A DNA stretch of 64,000 nucleotides from the NCBI GenBank assembly GCA_043805415.1, contig JAZDHZ010000033.1, forward strand, positions 89,600-153,599, written 5' to 3'. Position numbers and translations under genes: made by a program. The stretch comes from Candidatus Omnitrophota bacterium (lineage in GTDB: Bacteria > Omnitrophota > Gorgyraeia > B26-G9). Shown here piece after piece: positions 17,015 to 26,484 of the stretch (the first letter of the stretch is position 1; each line of letters opens with the position of its first letter). The notes under the pieces are model-generated. The model saw nothing but the letters and a program-made list of their open reading frames with translations, did not search any database and was not told where the DNA came from.

Positions 17015-17740
17015 GTGACTGCTAAAAATCAGGTTCCCCAGCATATCGCGATTATAATGGACGGCAATGGACGCTGGGCAAAAAAAAGAAGATTACCGCG
17101 GATTGCCGGCCATAGCCGGGGTGCTGAGGTTATAAAATCTATTGTCCAATCTTGCGATAAAATCGGGGTTAAATATTTAACTCTGTATACCTTTTCTACG
17201 GAAAACTGGAAAAGACCAGAGCAGGAAGTTAACTTTCTTATGCAGCTTTTAAGCGGATTTCTGTTCAAAGAAATCCAGCATTTAGTAAATGAAAATATTA
17301 AATTCTTGACTATTGGCAGGACTGAGCATTTACCGAAAAAAGCGCAGGAAGTTATTGCCTTGGCAAAGGCAAGGACTAAAGATAATACGGGCATAACTTT
17401 GATCCTGGCTTTGAATTACGGAGGCAGATCAGAGATTATTGATGCTGCCTTAAAATTATACGCGGATATTGAAAGCGGCAAAGTTCTTTTAGATAAGGTT
17501 AATGAAAAAGTGTTTTCCAATTATTTGTACACAGCCGGGATTCCTGATCCGGATTTATTGATCCGCACAAGCGGAGAAATGCGTATAAGTAATTTCTTGC
17601 TCTGGCAGTTATCCTACAGCGAGTTTTATGTTACGGAAAAGTTTTGGCCGGATTTTGATGAAACCGAACTCAAACTAGCGATTAATAGCTACCAAAAAAG
17701 AAAACGTCGTTTTGGCGGCATTGCGCATAAAAAAGGATAG
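17015..17740 (+). CDS. uppS: undecaprenyl diphosphate synthase (isoprenyl transferase); GTG start
   Basis: MDGNGRWAKKRRLPRIAGHSRGAEV and the C-terminal LLIRTSGEMRISNFLLWQLSYSEFYV motif. Confidence 0.9.
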   Translation: MTAKNQVPQHIAIIMDGNGRWAKKRRLPRIAGHSRGAEVIKSIVQSCDKIGVKYLTLYTFSTENWKRPEQEVNFLMQLLSGFLFKEIQHLVNENIKFLTIGRTEHLPKKAQEVIALAKARTKDNTGITLILALNYGGRSEIIDAALKLYADIESGKVLLDKVNEKVFSNYLYTAGIPDPDLLIRTSGEMRISNFLLWQLSYSEFYVTEKFWPDFDETELKLAINSYQKRKRRFGGIAHKKG

Positions 17741-17749
17741 AGTATCGCG

Positions 17750-18565
17750 ATGAATGCAATAACAAAGCGGGTTGTAACAGCAATTCTAATTATTTTATTT
17801 GTGGGATTAGGATTGTTTTTTTTGCCAGGATGGTTTTACGCGCTGGTGGTAATTTTATTAATCGGCGGCGGCTTAAATGAATTCTATGAATTAATTGAAA
17901 AAAAAGGGATTTTTATTTATAAATATTTCGGCATTTTTGTCGGGATTATTATTCCTTTAAGTATATATTTTCAATTTGAAACAACTAAAGGCTGGGAGCT
18001 GCTGTTTATAGTGACTTCCACTTTAATTTTCTTTGTTTTGCAGTTTATTCGTAAAGACAGTTCTCAGGCGATTGTGGGCATTTCTACAACACTTTTCGGA
18101 ATATTCTATGTTAGTTGGTTTCTTTCTTTTTTAATAAAAATAAGATTTTTGCCTTATGGAACTTTGCTGGCTGCTTTTCTTTTGCTGGTTACCAAGATGG
18201 GAGATGTTGGCGCTTATTTAGTCGGAAAGAGTCTGGGCAAACATACTCTAATTCCGAGAATTAGTCCGAAGAAAACTTTAGAAGGTTCATTCGGCGGACT
18301 GATTTTTAGTTTGCTTGCCGCGGGAATAAGTAAATTGTATCTGCCGTTTATCTCAATGCTGCATTTGTTGGCAATGGGCGCTTTGCTTGGTTTTCTTGCC
18401 CAGTTGGGAGATCTTTGTGAATCACTGATAAAACGAGATTGCCAAGTAAAAGACAGCGGAGACCGTTTGCCGGGGCTAGGGGGAATTCTCGATATTATTG
18501 ATAGTATTATTTTTACCGCGCCAATATTTTATTACTATTTAATTTATTTTAAATTAACTCCTTAA
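17750..18565 (+). CDS. cdsA: phosphatidate cytidylyltransferase
   Basis: Polytopic membrane protein with the CTP-transferase C-terminal signature SPKKTLEGSFGGLIFSLL...GDLCESLIKRD. Conserved uppS-cdsA-dxr-rseP order. Confidence 0.85.
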   Translation: MNAITKRVVTAILIILFVGLGLFFLPGWFYALVVILLIGGGLNEFYELIEKKGIFIYKYFGIFVGIIIPLSIYFQFETTKGWELLFIVTSTLIFFVLQFIRKDSSQAIVGISTTLFGIFYVSWFLSFLIKIRFLPYGTLLAAFLLLVTKMGDVGAYLVGKSLGKHTLIPRISPKKTLEGSFGGLIFSLLAAGISKLYLPFISMLHLLAMGALLGFLAQLGDLCESLIKRDCQVKDSGDRLPGLGGILDIIDSIIFTAPIFYYYLIYFKLTP

Positions 18566-18569
18566 AACC

Positions 18570-19724
18570 ATGAAAAATATCGCAATCCTCGGCTCAACTG
18601 GTTCAATTGGCACAAATGCTTTAAAAATTGTCCAAAGCCGGCCAAAAGATTTTAATGTTATCGGGATTAGCGGTTATAGTAATGTTCGGTTGCTTGCTCG
18701 GCAGATCAAGGAATTTAGCCCGGAAATTGTCAGTGTTAAAGATGAGGCTGTTATCAGTAAGCTTGAGAAGTTAGTTAGGCTTAAAGGGATAAAAGTATAT
18801 CCGCAGCAAATCGGGCTAGATAAGATTGCTACAAACGCGAAAGTTAAGACACTGCTTGTGGCTACTTCTGGGATTGTAAGCCTGAAACCGACATTAGAGG
18901 CTATTGAAAGAGGAAAAACAATTGCTTTGGCTAATAAGGAACCATTGGTTATGGCCGGGCAGATTGTAATGGAAAGAATAAAAAAAACCAAAGGAAGCAT
19001 TATTCCGGTTGATTCAGAACATAGCGCGATTTTTCAATGTTTAAAACAGGAAGCGATAACTAAACTTAGGCGGATTTATCTTACAGGCAGCGGCGGTCCG
19101 TTTAGAAAATTTAAAAAGAATCAGTTGGCAGAAGTTAGTTTGTCCATGGCTTTAAACCACCCTAAATGGAAAATGGGCAAAAAAATTACAATTGACTCCG
19201 CGACCTTAATGAATAAGGGCCTGGAATTAATTGAAGCTTGCTGGCTTTTTGATGTTGCTCCTGAGAAAATTGAAGTGATAATTCATCCGGAAGCGGTAAT
19301 TCATTCTATGGTTGAATTTTGCGATCGCTCTATAATCGCCCAGTTGGGAATTACTGATATGCGATTGCCGATACAATATGCTTTTGATTATCCTCAAAGG
19401 ATAGCAAATAACTTACCGTCAATTGATTTTTTAAAAACAAAAGCATTAACTTTTTTTAAGCCGGATATAGATAATTTTCCTTGCTTGGCGATTGCCAAAC
19501 AAGTCGCGGTAAAAGGCGGCAGCAGCGGCGCGGTTATGAACGCGGCAAACGAAATTGCCGTACAAGCGTTTTTGTCGGAAAAAATTAAATTTATTGAAAT
19601 ATCAAAAGTAGTCGCGAGTGTGTTAAAGAAACACAATTTTATTAAACAACCTGTGCTTGATGAGATCTTTAAGTTAGACGTTTGGGCACGAAGGGAGGCA
19701 GAATTACTTTGTTATCAACATTAG
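18570..19724 (+). CDS. dxr: 1-deoxy-D-xylulose 5-phosphate reductoisomerase
   Basis: N-terminus IAILGSTGSIGTNALKIV. LANKEPLVMAG and the SEHSAIFQC catalytic region. Confidence 0.9.
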   Translation: MKNIAILGSTGSIGTNALKIVQSRPKDFNVIGISGYSNVRLLARQIKEFSPEIVSVKDEAVISKLEKLVRLKGIKVYPQQIGLDKIATNAKVKTLLVATSGIVSLKPTLEAIERGKTIALANKEPLVMAGQIVMERIKKTKGSIIPVDSEHSAIFQCLKQEAITKLRRIYLTGSGGPFRKFKKNQLAEVSLSMALNHPKWKMGKKITIDSATLMNKGLELIEACWLFDVAPEKIEVIIHPEAVIHSMVEFCDRSIIAQLGITDMRLPIQYAFDYPQRIANNLPSIDFLKTKALTFFKPDIDNFPCLAIAKQVAVKGGSSGAVMNAANEIAVQAFLSEKIKFIEISKVVASVLKKHNFIKQPVLDEIFKLDVWARREAELLCYQH

Positions 19725-20806
19725 TATCAGCATTGGCATTTCTATTTGTACTGGGAGTACTGGTTTTTGTCCATGAGTTTGGACATTTTATTGTAGCGAA
19801 AATGGTAAAAGTCAGAGTAGAAATTTTTTCTATTGGGTTTGGCAAAAAACTTTGGTCTTTTAAAAAGGGAGATACTGAATATAGAATTTCGATATTTCCT
19901 TTTGGCGGTTATGTTAAGCCGGCAGGGGAAAATCCGGAAGAAGAAAGAAAAGGTGAACCTTGGGAGTTTCTTTCCAAATCCGTGGGAGAACGGGCGGCAA
20001 TAATTGCTGCAGGTCCTATATTTAATTATATTTGCGCTTTTCTCTTGTTAATTCTGGTTTATTTTGTCGGGGTCCCGAATCTTACCGCTACAATCGGCAT
20101 GGTAAAAGAAAACTATCCTGCTGCTCAGGCTGGATTAAAAGAAAATGATAAAATCATTTCTATTGATGGCAAGCGGGTGAAGTTTTGGGATGAGCTTTCT
20201 GCTGCTATCCATGAAAAGACAGAGCAAAAACCAGTGGAAATTCAAGTTCAAAGACAAGGGCAAATGTTTGCGGTTTTTGTTATTCCCCAAGTTGAAACAA
20301 TTAAAACTCTCTTAGGTGAAGATAAAAAAATCGCGCTTATTGGCATCGGTCCATCTGATGATGTTGAGGTTATAAAGTACGGTTTTGTCGGGTCAATATC
20401 TGAGGCAGCTAAGCAAGTAGTGTTTAGAACAAAAATGATATTTTTCGCGCTTTATCAGATGGCATCCGGCAAAATATCTCCGCGGGAGGTAGCTGGTCCG
20501 GTGGGAATATTTCAGATTACCGGACGTGCCGCTCAACTGGGGTTTATTTATCTTTTAGATCTGATGGCTCTGTTAAGTATTAATCTGGCAATTATAAATT
20601 TATTTCCGATTCCGGTTTTAGACGGAGGGCATCTTTTGTTTCTTGCTTGGGAAAAACTGCGCGGCAAAGCAGCCAGTCTTAAGGTGCAGGAGATTGCGAC
20701 GCGGATAGGCTTTTCAATGTTAATGCTTTTAATGGTAGCTGTTTTGTTTAATGATTTAAACCGGATTGGTTTATTTGAAAAGATATTCGGTCTTTTTTTT
20801 AGATGA
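19707..20806 (+). CDS. rseP: RIP site-2 metalloprotease RseP (M50 family); start refined to TTG after a GGGAGG RBS
   Basis: HEFGHFIVAK zinc-binding motif, a PDZ region, and the C-terminal LDGG motif (PIPVLDGGHLLF). Confidence 0.85.
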
Positions 20807-20813
20807 TTAAACT

Positions 20814-21887
20814 TTGGGGTTTGCAATGAAAATAAAGCGCAGGAAATCTAGAAAGATATTTGTCGGCAGTGTTGCTATCGGCGGTAATAGCCCGATTACA
20901 ATCCAATCGATGACATCTACGGATACTAAAGATATAAAGGCTACGGTTCGGCAAATAAAAGCGCTTGAGCTTGCCGGAGTACAAATTATCAGAGTTGCTG
21001 TTCTTGATAGTGATGCCGCTATAGCAATTAGTAAAATTAAGAAAAAAATAAACATCCCGATTGTCGCGGATATTCATTTTGATTATCGACTGGCTTTGTT
21101 GGCTATAGAAAACGGGGCAGATAAAATAAGATTAAATCCGGGTAATATTGAAAAGCCTTGGCAGATTGAAGCAGTTTTAAAAGCAGCGATTAAAAATAAA
21201 GTACCAATTAGAATCGGCTTGAATTCCGGTTCAGTAAAAAGAACTAAAAAGAACATTGTTGATGATATGATCGCGGCCGCGGTTTCTTATGAAAAAATAT
21301 TTAAAAAGTATAATTTCAAAGACATGATTTTTTCTTTTAAGACCCATGATGTTTTATCCACCATAGAAGCGTATCGCAAATTCGCGAAATTAAACGATGT
21401 TCCGCTTCATTTAGGGGTTACTTCCGCGGGCCTTGAAGCCAGCGGCTTGGTGAAATCAAGCATTGGTATCGGCGCATTGCTGCTGGAAGGGATCGGCGAT
21501 ACCTTAAGGGTTTCTTTAACCGCTGATCCGATTAAGGAAGTTCAAGCCGGAAAAAATATATTGTCAGCTTTAGGATTACGTTCTGAGGGCATAGAAATTA
21601 TTTCCTGTCCCACCTGCGGACGTTGTACAATTAATCTGATAGAAGTTGTCGAACAAGCTGTAAAAGCGTTTGAACCCTTACAAAAGAAATATGCCAACCG
21701 GAAACTGAAAGTAGCGCTTATGGGCTGTATAGTTAATGGCCCAGGAGAAGCGCGGGAAGCTGATATCGGCATTGCGTGGGGCGGAAAGTCGGGCATATTA
21801 TTTAAAAAAGGAAAAAAAATAAAAAACATTGATAAGCACGCATTAATAAAAACATTGGTCGCGGAGGTTGAAAATGAAGTGGTCTGA
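20814..21887 (+). CDS. ispG: 4-hydroxy-3-methylbut-2-en-1-yl diphosphate synthase (GcpE)
   Basis: IFVGSVAIGGNSPITIQSMT N-terminus. C-terminal 4Fe-4S ligands CPTCGRC...GC. Confidence 0.9.
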   Translation: MGFAMKIKRRKSRKIFVGSVAIGGNSPITIQSMTSTDTKDIKATVRQIKALELAGVQIIRVAVLDSDAAIAISKIKKKINIPIVADIHFDYRLALLAIENGADKIRLNPGNIEKPWQIEAVLKAAIKNKVPIRIGLNSGSVKRTKKNIVDDMIAAAVSYEKIFKKYNFKDMIFSFKTHDVLSTIEAYRKFAKLNDVPLHLGVTSAGLEASGLVKSSIGIGALLLEGIGDTLRVSLTADPIKEVQAGKNILSALGLRSEGIEIISCPTCGRCTINLIEVVEQAVKAFEPLQKKYANRKLKVALMGCIVNGPGEAREADIGIAWGGKSGILFKKGKKIKNIDKHALIKTLVAEVENEVV

Positions 21888-23595
21888 GCTATTGCTGCCT
21901 ACACTTAAAGAAGTGCCCTCAGAGGCAGAGGCGATAAGCCATATCCTAATGATCAGAGCTGGGCTGATCCGCAAGCTTACCTCAGGGGTGTATTCATATT
22001 TACCTGTGGGTTTGCGGGTATTAGCCAAAGTGGAAAATATAATTCGCCAGGAAATGAACAAAAAAGGGGCGCAGCAATTACTCCTGCCGGCGATTCAGCC
22101 TGCTGAATTATGGCAAAAAAGCGGACGGTTTGAAGCTTTAGGGCAAGACATGATAACATTTACTGACCGGCATAAAAAGCTGAATGTTCTTGGCCCGACG
22201 CATGAGGAGGTAATTACCTCGCTTGTAAAAAATGAGGTTAATTCTTACCGGCAGCTGCCGCTTATTTTATACCAAATACAGACAAAATTCCGCGATGAAG
22301 CGCGCCCGCGTTTTGGCATAATCCGTTCGCGTGAATTTATTATGAAAGACGCGTATAGCTTTGATCGAGATATTGAAGGGCTGGGTAAAAGCTATGATAA
22401 AATGTATGATGCTTATTGCCGCATCTTTGAACGCTGCGGATTAAATTTTGTTCCAGTTGAAGCAGATACAGGAATTATGGGTGGCGACGCGTCGCATGAG
22501 TTTATGGTTTTAGCTGACAGCGGTGAAGATAAAATTGTTCAATGTGAAAAATGTTCATATGCCGCAAGCCTAGATAAAGCCGAGTGCCTGCGTCTAAAAG
22601 ACACAGGACACAAGACACAAGACACAAGAAAAGAAGAGCCGGAGGAGGTAAGTACTCCGGGTGTAAGTAGTGTTGAAGATGTTGCTGAATTTCTAAATAT
22701 TCCGATCACTAGATTAATTAAAACAATGATTTATCTGGCTGATGGAAAACCAGTAGCTGTTTTAGTTCGTGGTGACCACGAGATCAATGAAGTAAAATTA
22801 TCCAAAGTATTAAAAGCTGCTCACTTAGAAATGGCTGCTCCTGGGATTATCGAAAAAGTAACAAAAGGGCCGATTGGTTTTAGCGGTCCAGTTGGCTTAA
22901 AGGACATTGATATTTACGCGGATTATGCTATTGAAGGAGCTGGTGATGTAGTTGTTGGAGCAAATAAAGCGGATACGCATACTCAGAATGTTGATATTGT
23001 CCGCGACGTAAAAATCAATAAATGGGCTGATATTCGCAGCATTACAGATAAAGATAAATGTCCGAGATGCGGCGCTGATATTAAAATTAAACTGGCTATT
23101 GAAGTGGGGCATGTTTTTAAATTAGGCGCGAAATATACAGACAGTCTTGGAGCAACTTTTCTTGATGAACAGGGTAAAGCTAATTCAATTATTATGGGTT
23201 GTTATGGGATTGGCGTGACTAGAATTATTGCTGCTTTTATCGAACAGAATTTTGATCAGAATGGAATTATTTGGTCAAAAGAAATAACTCCTTTCCAAGT
23301 CTTAGTCATGCCGCTTAATACAGAAGATCTGCCGAGTATGAAGATTGCTGAATCTATTTATGAACAATTGCTTAAAAAAAATGTCGAGGTACTTTTAGAT
23401 GATCGAAACTTAAGAGCAGGAATAAAATTCAAAGACGCGGATTTAATTGGTATTCCGCTGCAGGTTGTTATTGGGCAAAAGAATATCAGTCGAAATGTTA
23501 TTGAGTTAAAGGTCCGCAGCAGCGGTGAAAGACAAGAAGTTTCTATAGATGAGGCAATTAGTAAGATCATTGATCTGGTTTTAAATAATAACTAA
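21868..23595 (+). CDS. proS: proline--tRNA ligase (bacterial type with INS editing domain); carries a short low-complexity in-frame insert encoded by GACACAAG octamer repeats
   Basis: Class II aaRS motifs (FRDEARPRFGIIRSREFIMKDAYSF; GCYGIGVTRII). The insert KDTGHKTQDTRKEEPEE lies at nt about 22596-22640. Confidence 0.9.
   Translation: MKMKWSELLLPTLKEVPSEAEAISHILMIRAGLIRKLTSGVYSYLPVGLRVLAKVENIIRQEMNKKGAQQLLLPAIQPAELWQKSGRFEALGQDMITFTDRHKKLNVLGPTHEEVITSLVKNEVNSYRQLPLILYQIQTKFRDEARPRFGIIRSREFIMKDAYSFDRDIEGLGKSYDKMYDAYCRIFERCGLNFVPVEADTGIMGGDASHEFMVLADSGEDKIVQCEKCSYAASLDKAECLRLKDTGHKTQDTRKEEPEEVSTPGVSSVEDVAEFLNIPITRLIKTMIYLADGKPVAVLVRGDHEINEVKLSKVLKAAHLEMAAPGIIEKVTKGPIGFSGPVGLKDIDIYADYAIEGAGDVVVGANKADTHTQNVDIVRDVKINKWADIRSITDKDKCPRCGADIKIKLAIEVGHVFKLGAKYTDSLGATFLDEQGKANSIIMGCYGIGVTRIIAAFIEQNFDQNGIIWSKEITPFQVLVMPLNTEDLPSMKIAESIYEQLLKKNVEVLLDDRNLRAGIKFKDADLIGIPLQVVIGQKNISRNVIELKVRSSGERQEVSIDEAISKIIDLVLNNN
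22596..22630 (+). repeat. GACACAAG-type octamer microsatellite inside the proS coding sequence
   Basis: gacacaggacacaagacacaagacacaag. The same octamer family occurs at 6510-6541 and, inverted, at 33973-34008. Confidence 0.7.
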
Positions 23596-23732
23596 AACCT
23601 AAAACATAAAAAAAATAATATAACTGGCAAAAATAGCTTGACATATAATTTTGTTTATAATAAAATTAAATAGTAACAGAAATATCCTTTAAGGGTGAAA
23701 TGGATTTTCACAAACATAAATGGATTTAAATT

Positions 23733-25385
23733 ATGGCTTTTTTTAGAACCACCGTAGGTCTATATATAGGTCCTAAAACTGTACAAATTGCCCAAATGCA
23801 AGCAATCGCGGGTAAGATACAGCTAACCAATTTTGTTCATGTCGATATATTCGATGGAGAACAATCCGAATCAGCCGATAAAGAGGCGCTGATTCTCTCT
23901 GCCCTCAAAAAAGCGGTAAATAAATCAAAAATTGATCTTAAAAGAGTTAATACAGTATTAATGCCAGGTATGGTATTATTACGTTATTTTCAAATGCCGA
24001 GAATTAGCGCCGAAGAGCTTGAAGAGGCGGTAAGATTTGAGGCAAGAAAATATATTCCTTTTCGTTTAGAAGAAGCGGTAACTGGTTTTTACATTCTGAA
24101 AGAAGATCAGGAAAAGAAAAAACTGGGAATCCTTTCTTTAGTAACAAAAGAAGAATCAATTAAAAACCACCTGACAATTCTCCATAAAGTTGATATCCAG
24201 CCAACGGCTGTGGAAACTGCCTCTTTTGCTTTGCTGCGTCTTTTGGAATATTCTGGAGATATCGAAAGAGATAAATCTAACGCGGTTTTGTATCTTTATG
24301 CCCAAAGAATAAATATTATAATCCTTAGAAACAGTATCCCTTATTTCGTGAGAGATATTTCTTTGGCAAAAAAAGAAGAATGGATAGATGACGAAACTGC
24401 TGAATTTTTAATGGGAGGAAAGATTAGTTCCGCTGACAGCCGGATAGTAACTCTGGAAAATATGATCAGTGAATTACGTATTTCTTTTGAATATTATAAA
24501 AAAGAGTTGGGAAAAGAAAATGTAAGTAAGATGATTTTGTGCGGAGAAGTTGATGATTTTGATGATTTAGAGCTTGTGAGCAAAGCTGCTCAAGATCAGC
24601 CGGATAATCCTTGTCCCTTGAGTGTGTTTTTAGAAAAACAATTTGATATCCCAGTTAGATTGGTTGATCCGCTAAAGAATATTGTTAGCCCTAAGGCAAA
24701 ACCCTTGCCGTATACTTTCCCAATGCTTGCCGTTACTATTGGGGCCGCTTTAAGAAACTTAAGTAAATCTACTGTGGAAATAGATCTTTTTCGTGCCAGA
24801 AAAAAAACAAGTTTAAAGGCTAAAGTCCTTATTACGAAAATGATCGGCATGGAAGTTGGCGCGCTTTTAGTTTGTTTTATTATTATGTTTATAGTATCTT
24901 CGGTGTTTATTTCCAGAGAAAATAATTTGCTGGAACAAGAAAAAAGATCAGCGCCAAAATTTATGGATTTAAGCCATTTTAGTGAAGATCAGTTAAAAAC
25001 GGGTGAGCAGGAAATAAAACAGAGAATTAATGCTTTTAATAAAATTGTTACAAATAGGTTTGTAGTCACTGATAAATTAAGCGCTTTATCAAAAATAATT
25101 CCTGATGGAATTTGGATGGATAAGTTCATTTTTTTAGTTTCGGCTAAAGAAAAAAATTATGTTGATCGTAGTCTTGAGCTTTCGCTATCGGGTTTTATTT
25201 ATACTGATCAAAAAGGTATGGAAATTGAAATGGTGAATGATTTTACTGAGGCATTAAAATCAAACGATTTGTTTTTTAGCGATTTTAAAGTAATAAAAAC
25301 TGGCTCAGTTGCCCGCGAAACATTTTACGCGATACCGGTTATGACTTTTGAATTGACATGCTTTTCTAAGGCTGGAGAAAAATAA
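23733..25385 (+). CDS. pilM: type IV pilus assembly protein PilM (actin-like ATPase fold) fused to a PilN-like TM/coiled-coil module
   Basis: N-terminus MAFFRTTVGLYIGPKTVQIAQ is typical of PilM. A TM helix (VGALLVCFIIMFIVSSVFI) at about aa 375 is followed by a PilN-like periplasmic region. Length of 550 aa exceeds the usual ~350 aa for PilM alone. Confidence 0.75.
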   Translation: MAFFRTTVGLYIGPKTVQIAQMQAIAGKIQLTNFVHVDIFDGEQSESADKEALILSALKKAVNKSKIDLKRVNTVLMPGMVLLRYFQMPRISAEELEEAVRFEARKYIPFRLEEAVTGFYILKEDQEKKKLGILSLVTKEESIKNHLTILHKVDIQPTAVETASFALLRLLEYSGDIERDKSNAVLYLYAQRINIIILRNSIPYFVRDISLAKKEEWIDDETAEFLMGGKISSADSRIVTLENMISELRISFEYYKKELGKENVSKMILCGEVDDFDDLELVSKAAQDQPDNPCPLSVFLEKQFDIPVRLVDPLKNIVSPKAKPLPYTFPMLAVTIGAALRNLSKSTVEIDLFRARKKTSLKAKVLITKMIGMEVGALLVCFIIMFIVSSVFISRENNLLEQEKRSAPKFMDLSHFSEDQLKTGEQEIKQRINAFNKIVTNRFVVTDKLSALSKIIPDGIWMDKFIFLVSAKEKNYVDRSLELSLSGFIYTDQKGMEIEMVNDFTEALKSNDLFFSDFKVIKTGSVARETFYAIPVMTFELTCFSKAGEK

Positions 25386-25389
25386 TTTA

Positions 25390-25926
25390 ATGGCTATTAA
25401 AAAGATTATTCCACGCGAAATACAACAGGTTTTTATTGTTGGAGCAGTTATTTTTTTGTTTTTATTTTTTTGGGGTGGGCGTGTTTTGCAAAAATATCAT
25501 GACACGCAAATTATGAAGATAAGAAAACAGCGCAAAAGAGTTGAACTTGAAAATGCGGTTGCTGTGCAATTAAGTAAATTGAAAAAGCTTAAAGAAGAAA
25601 TAACAATTATTAATGAAAGTTCACGCTTTTTGGCTGAAATTGCTAAAATGTCTGGACAGCTTAATTTGAAGATTACTTCGATATCAGCGGTTCCTATTGA
25701 AAAGCGTGATGAGTTTATCAAATTAGGAGTAAGTATGGACATTGATACTACCTATCATGAGCTAGGGGTTTTTATGAGCAAACTTGAGTCAGCAGAACTA
25801 TTTATAACTGTTGAAAAATTAGAAATGATTTCTACTATGGGTAAAAATCCCGCGGAAGCGCCAAGGGTAAATGCCAAAATGAATCTTACAACTTTTGTTT
25901 TAACAGATACTATTTTGGAGAGATAA
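25390..25926 (+). CDS. pilO: type IV pilus assembly protein PilO-like (single TM + coiled coil + periplasmic domain)
   Basis: Position between pilM/N and pilP-pilQ. An N-terminal TM (VFIVGAVIFLFLFFWG) followed by predicted coiled coil. Confidence 0.55.
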   Translation: MAIKKIIPREIQQVFIVGAVIFLFLFFWGGRVLQKYHDTQIMKIRKQRKRVELENAVAVQLSKLKKLKEEITIINESSRFLAEIAKMSGQLNLKITSISAVPIEKRDEFIKLGVSMDIDTTYHELGVFMSKLESAELFITVEKLEMISTMGKNPAEAPRVNAKMNLTTFVLTDTILER

Positions 25927-26474
25927 TGCGTAAAATTCTATTATTAGTTTTAGCATTAATCCTGGTTTTTTCTAGCAGCGATTCTTCTATTGCAGCGCCT
26001 GCTAAAAAGCCAGTTGCTAAAAAACCAGTTGCCAAAAAACCAGTTGCCAAAAAACCAGTTGCTAAAAAAGGCGCTGTTGAAGAAGTTGATAAAGACGTTG
26101 GTAAAGACGTAAAAAAAGAAAAATACAAATCCAGAAGTGAAATTAAATATACTGGTTTTGATTCTAAAAGGGATCCTTTTTCGCCTCCTGAAGTTGTTGT
26201 TAAGATGTTAGAAAAACCGGAAGGGATTCCTGGGGCTGAAATCTTGGCCAAGGATATTAAACTGCCTGCGATTGATTTGCAGGGAATTATTTGGTCAAAA
26301 AATATTCCACAGGTGATTATTAATGGCGGGGTGATGAAGGTGGGAGATTTCATTGAGGAGTTTGAAATAAAAGAAATTCGCAGAACTGGTATAATTTTAT
26401 TTTTTAAGGGCAATGATTATTTTATAAAAATGGTTGGTTATACCCAGAAAAATACGAAAAAGAAAAAAAGATAA
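25926..26474 (+). CDS. pilP: PilP-like pilot/periplasmic protein with signal peptide, (AKKPV)4 tandem repeat and a C-terminal beta-domain
   Basis: Signal peptide MRKILLLVLALILVFS. DPFSPP motif. C-terminal LQGIIWSKNIPQVIINGGVMKVGDFI resembles the PilP core. Lies immediately upstream of the secretin, with a 1-nt taATG overlap with pilO. Confidence 0.5.
   Translation: MRKILLLVLALILVFSSSDSSIAAPAKKPVAKKPVAKKPVAKKPVAKKGAVEEVDKDVGKDVKKEKYKSRSEIKYTGFDSKRDPFSPPEVVVKMLEKPEGIPGAEILAKDIKLPAIDLQGIIWSKNIPQVIINGGVMKVGDFIEEFEIKEIRRTGIILFFKGNDYFIKMVGYTQKNTKKKKR
25996..26065 (+). repeat. 15-bp tandem repeat x4-5 (gctaaaaaaccagtt) encoding (AKKPV)n in pilP
   Basis: Direct repeats are visible in the sequence. 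The antisense ORF 25910-26413 is a repeat artefact. Confidence 0.8.
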
Positions 26475-26484
26475 GGAGCTAGAA

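Noticed and set aside
25910-26413. 167-aa minus-strand ORF containing FLATGFLATG repeats
   Set aside because: An artefact of the (AKKPV)n tandem repeat in pilP read on the opposite strand.
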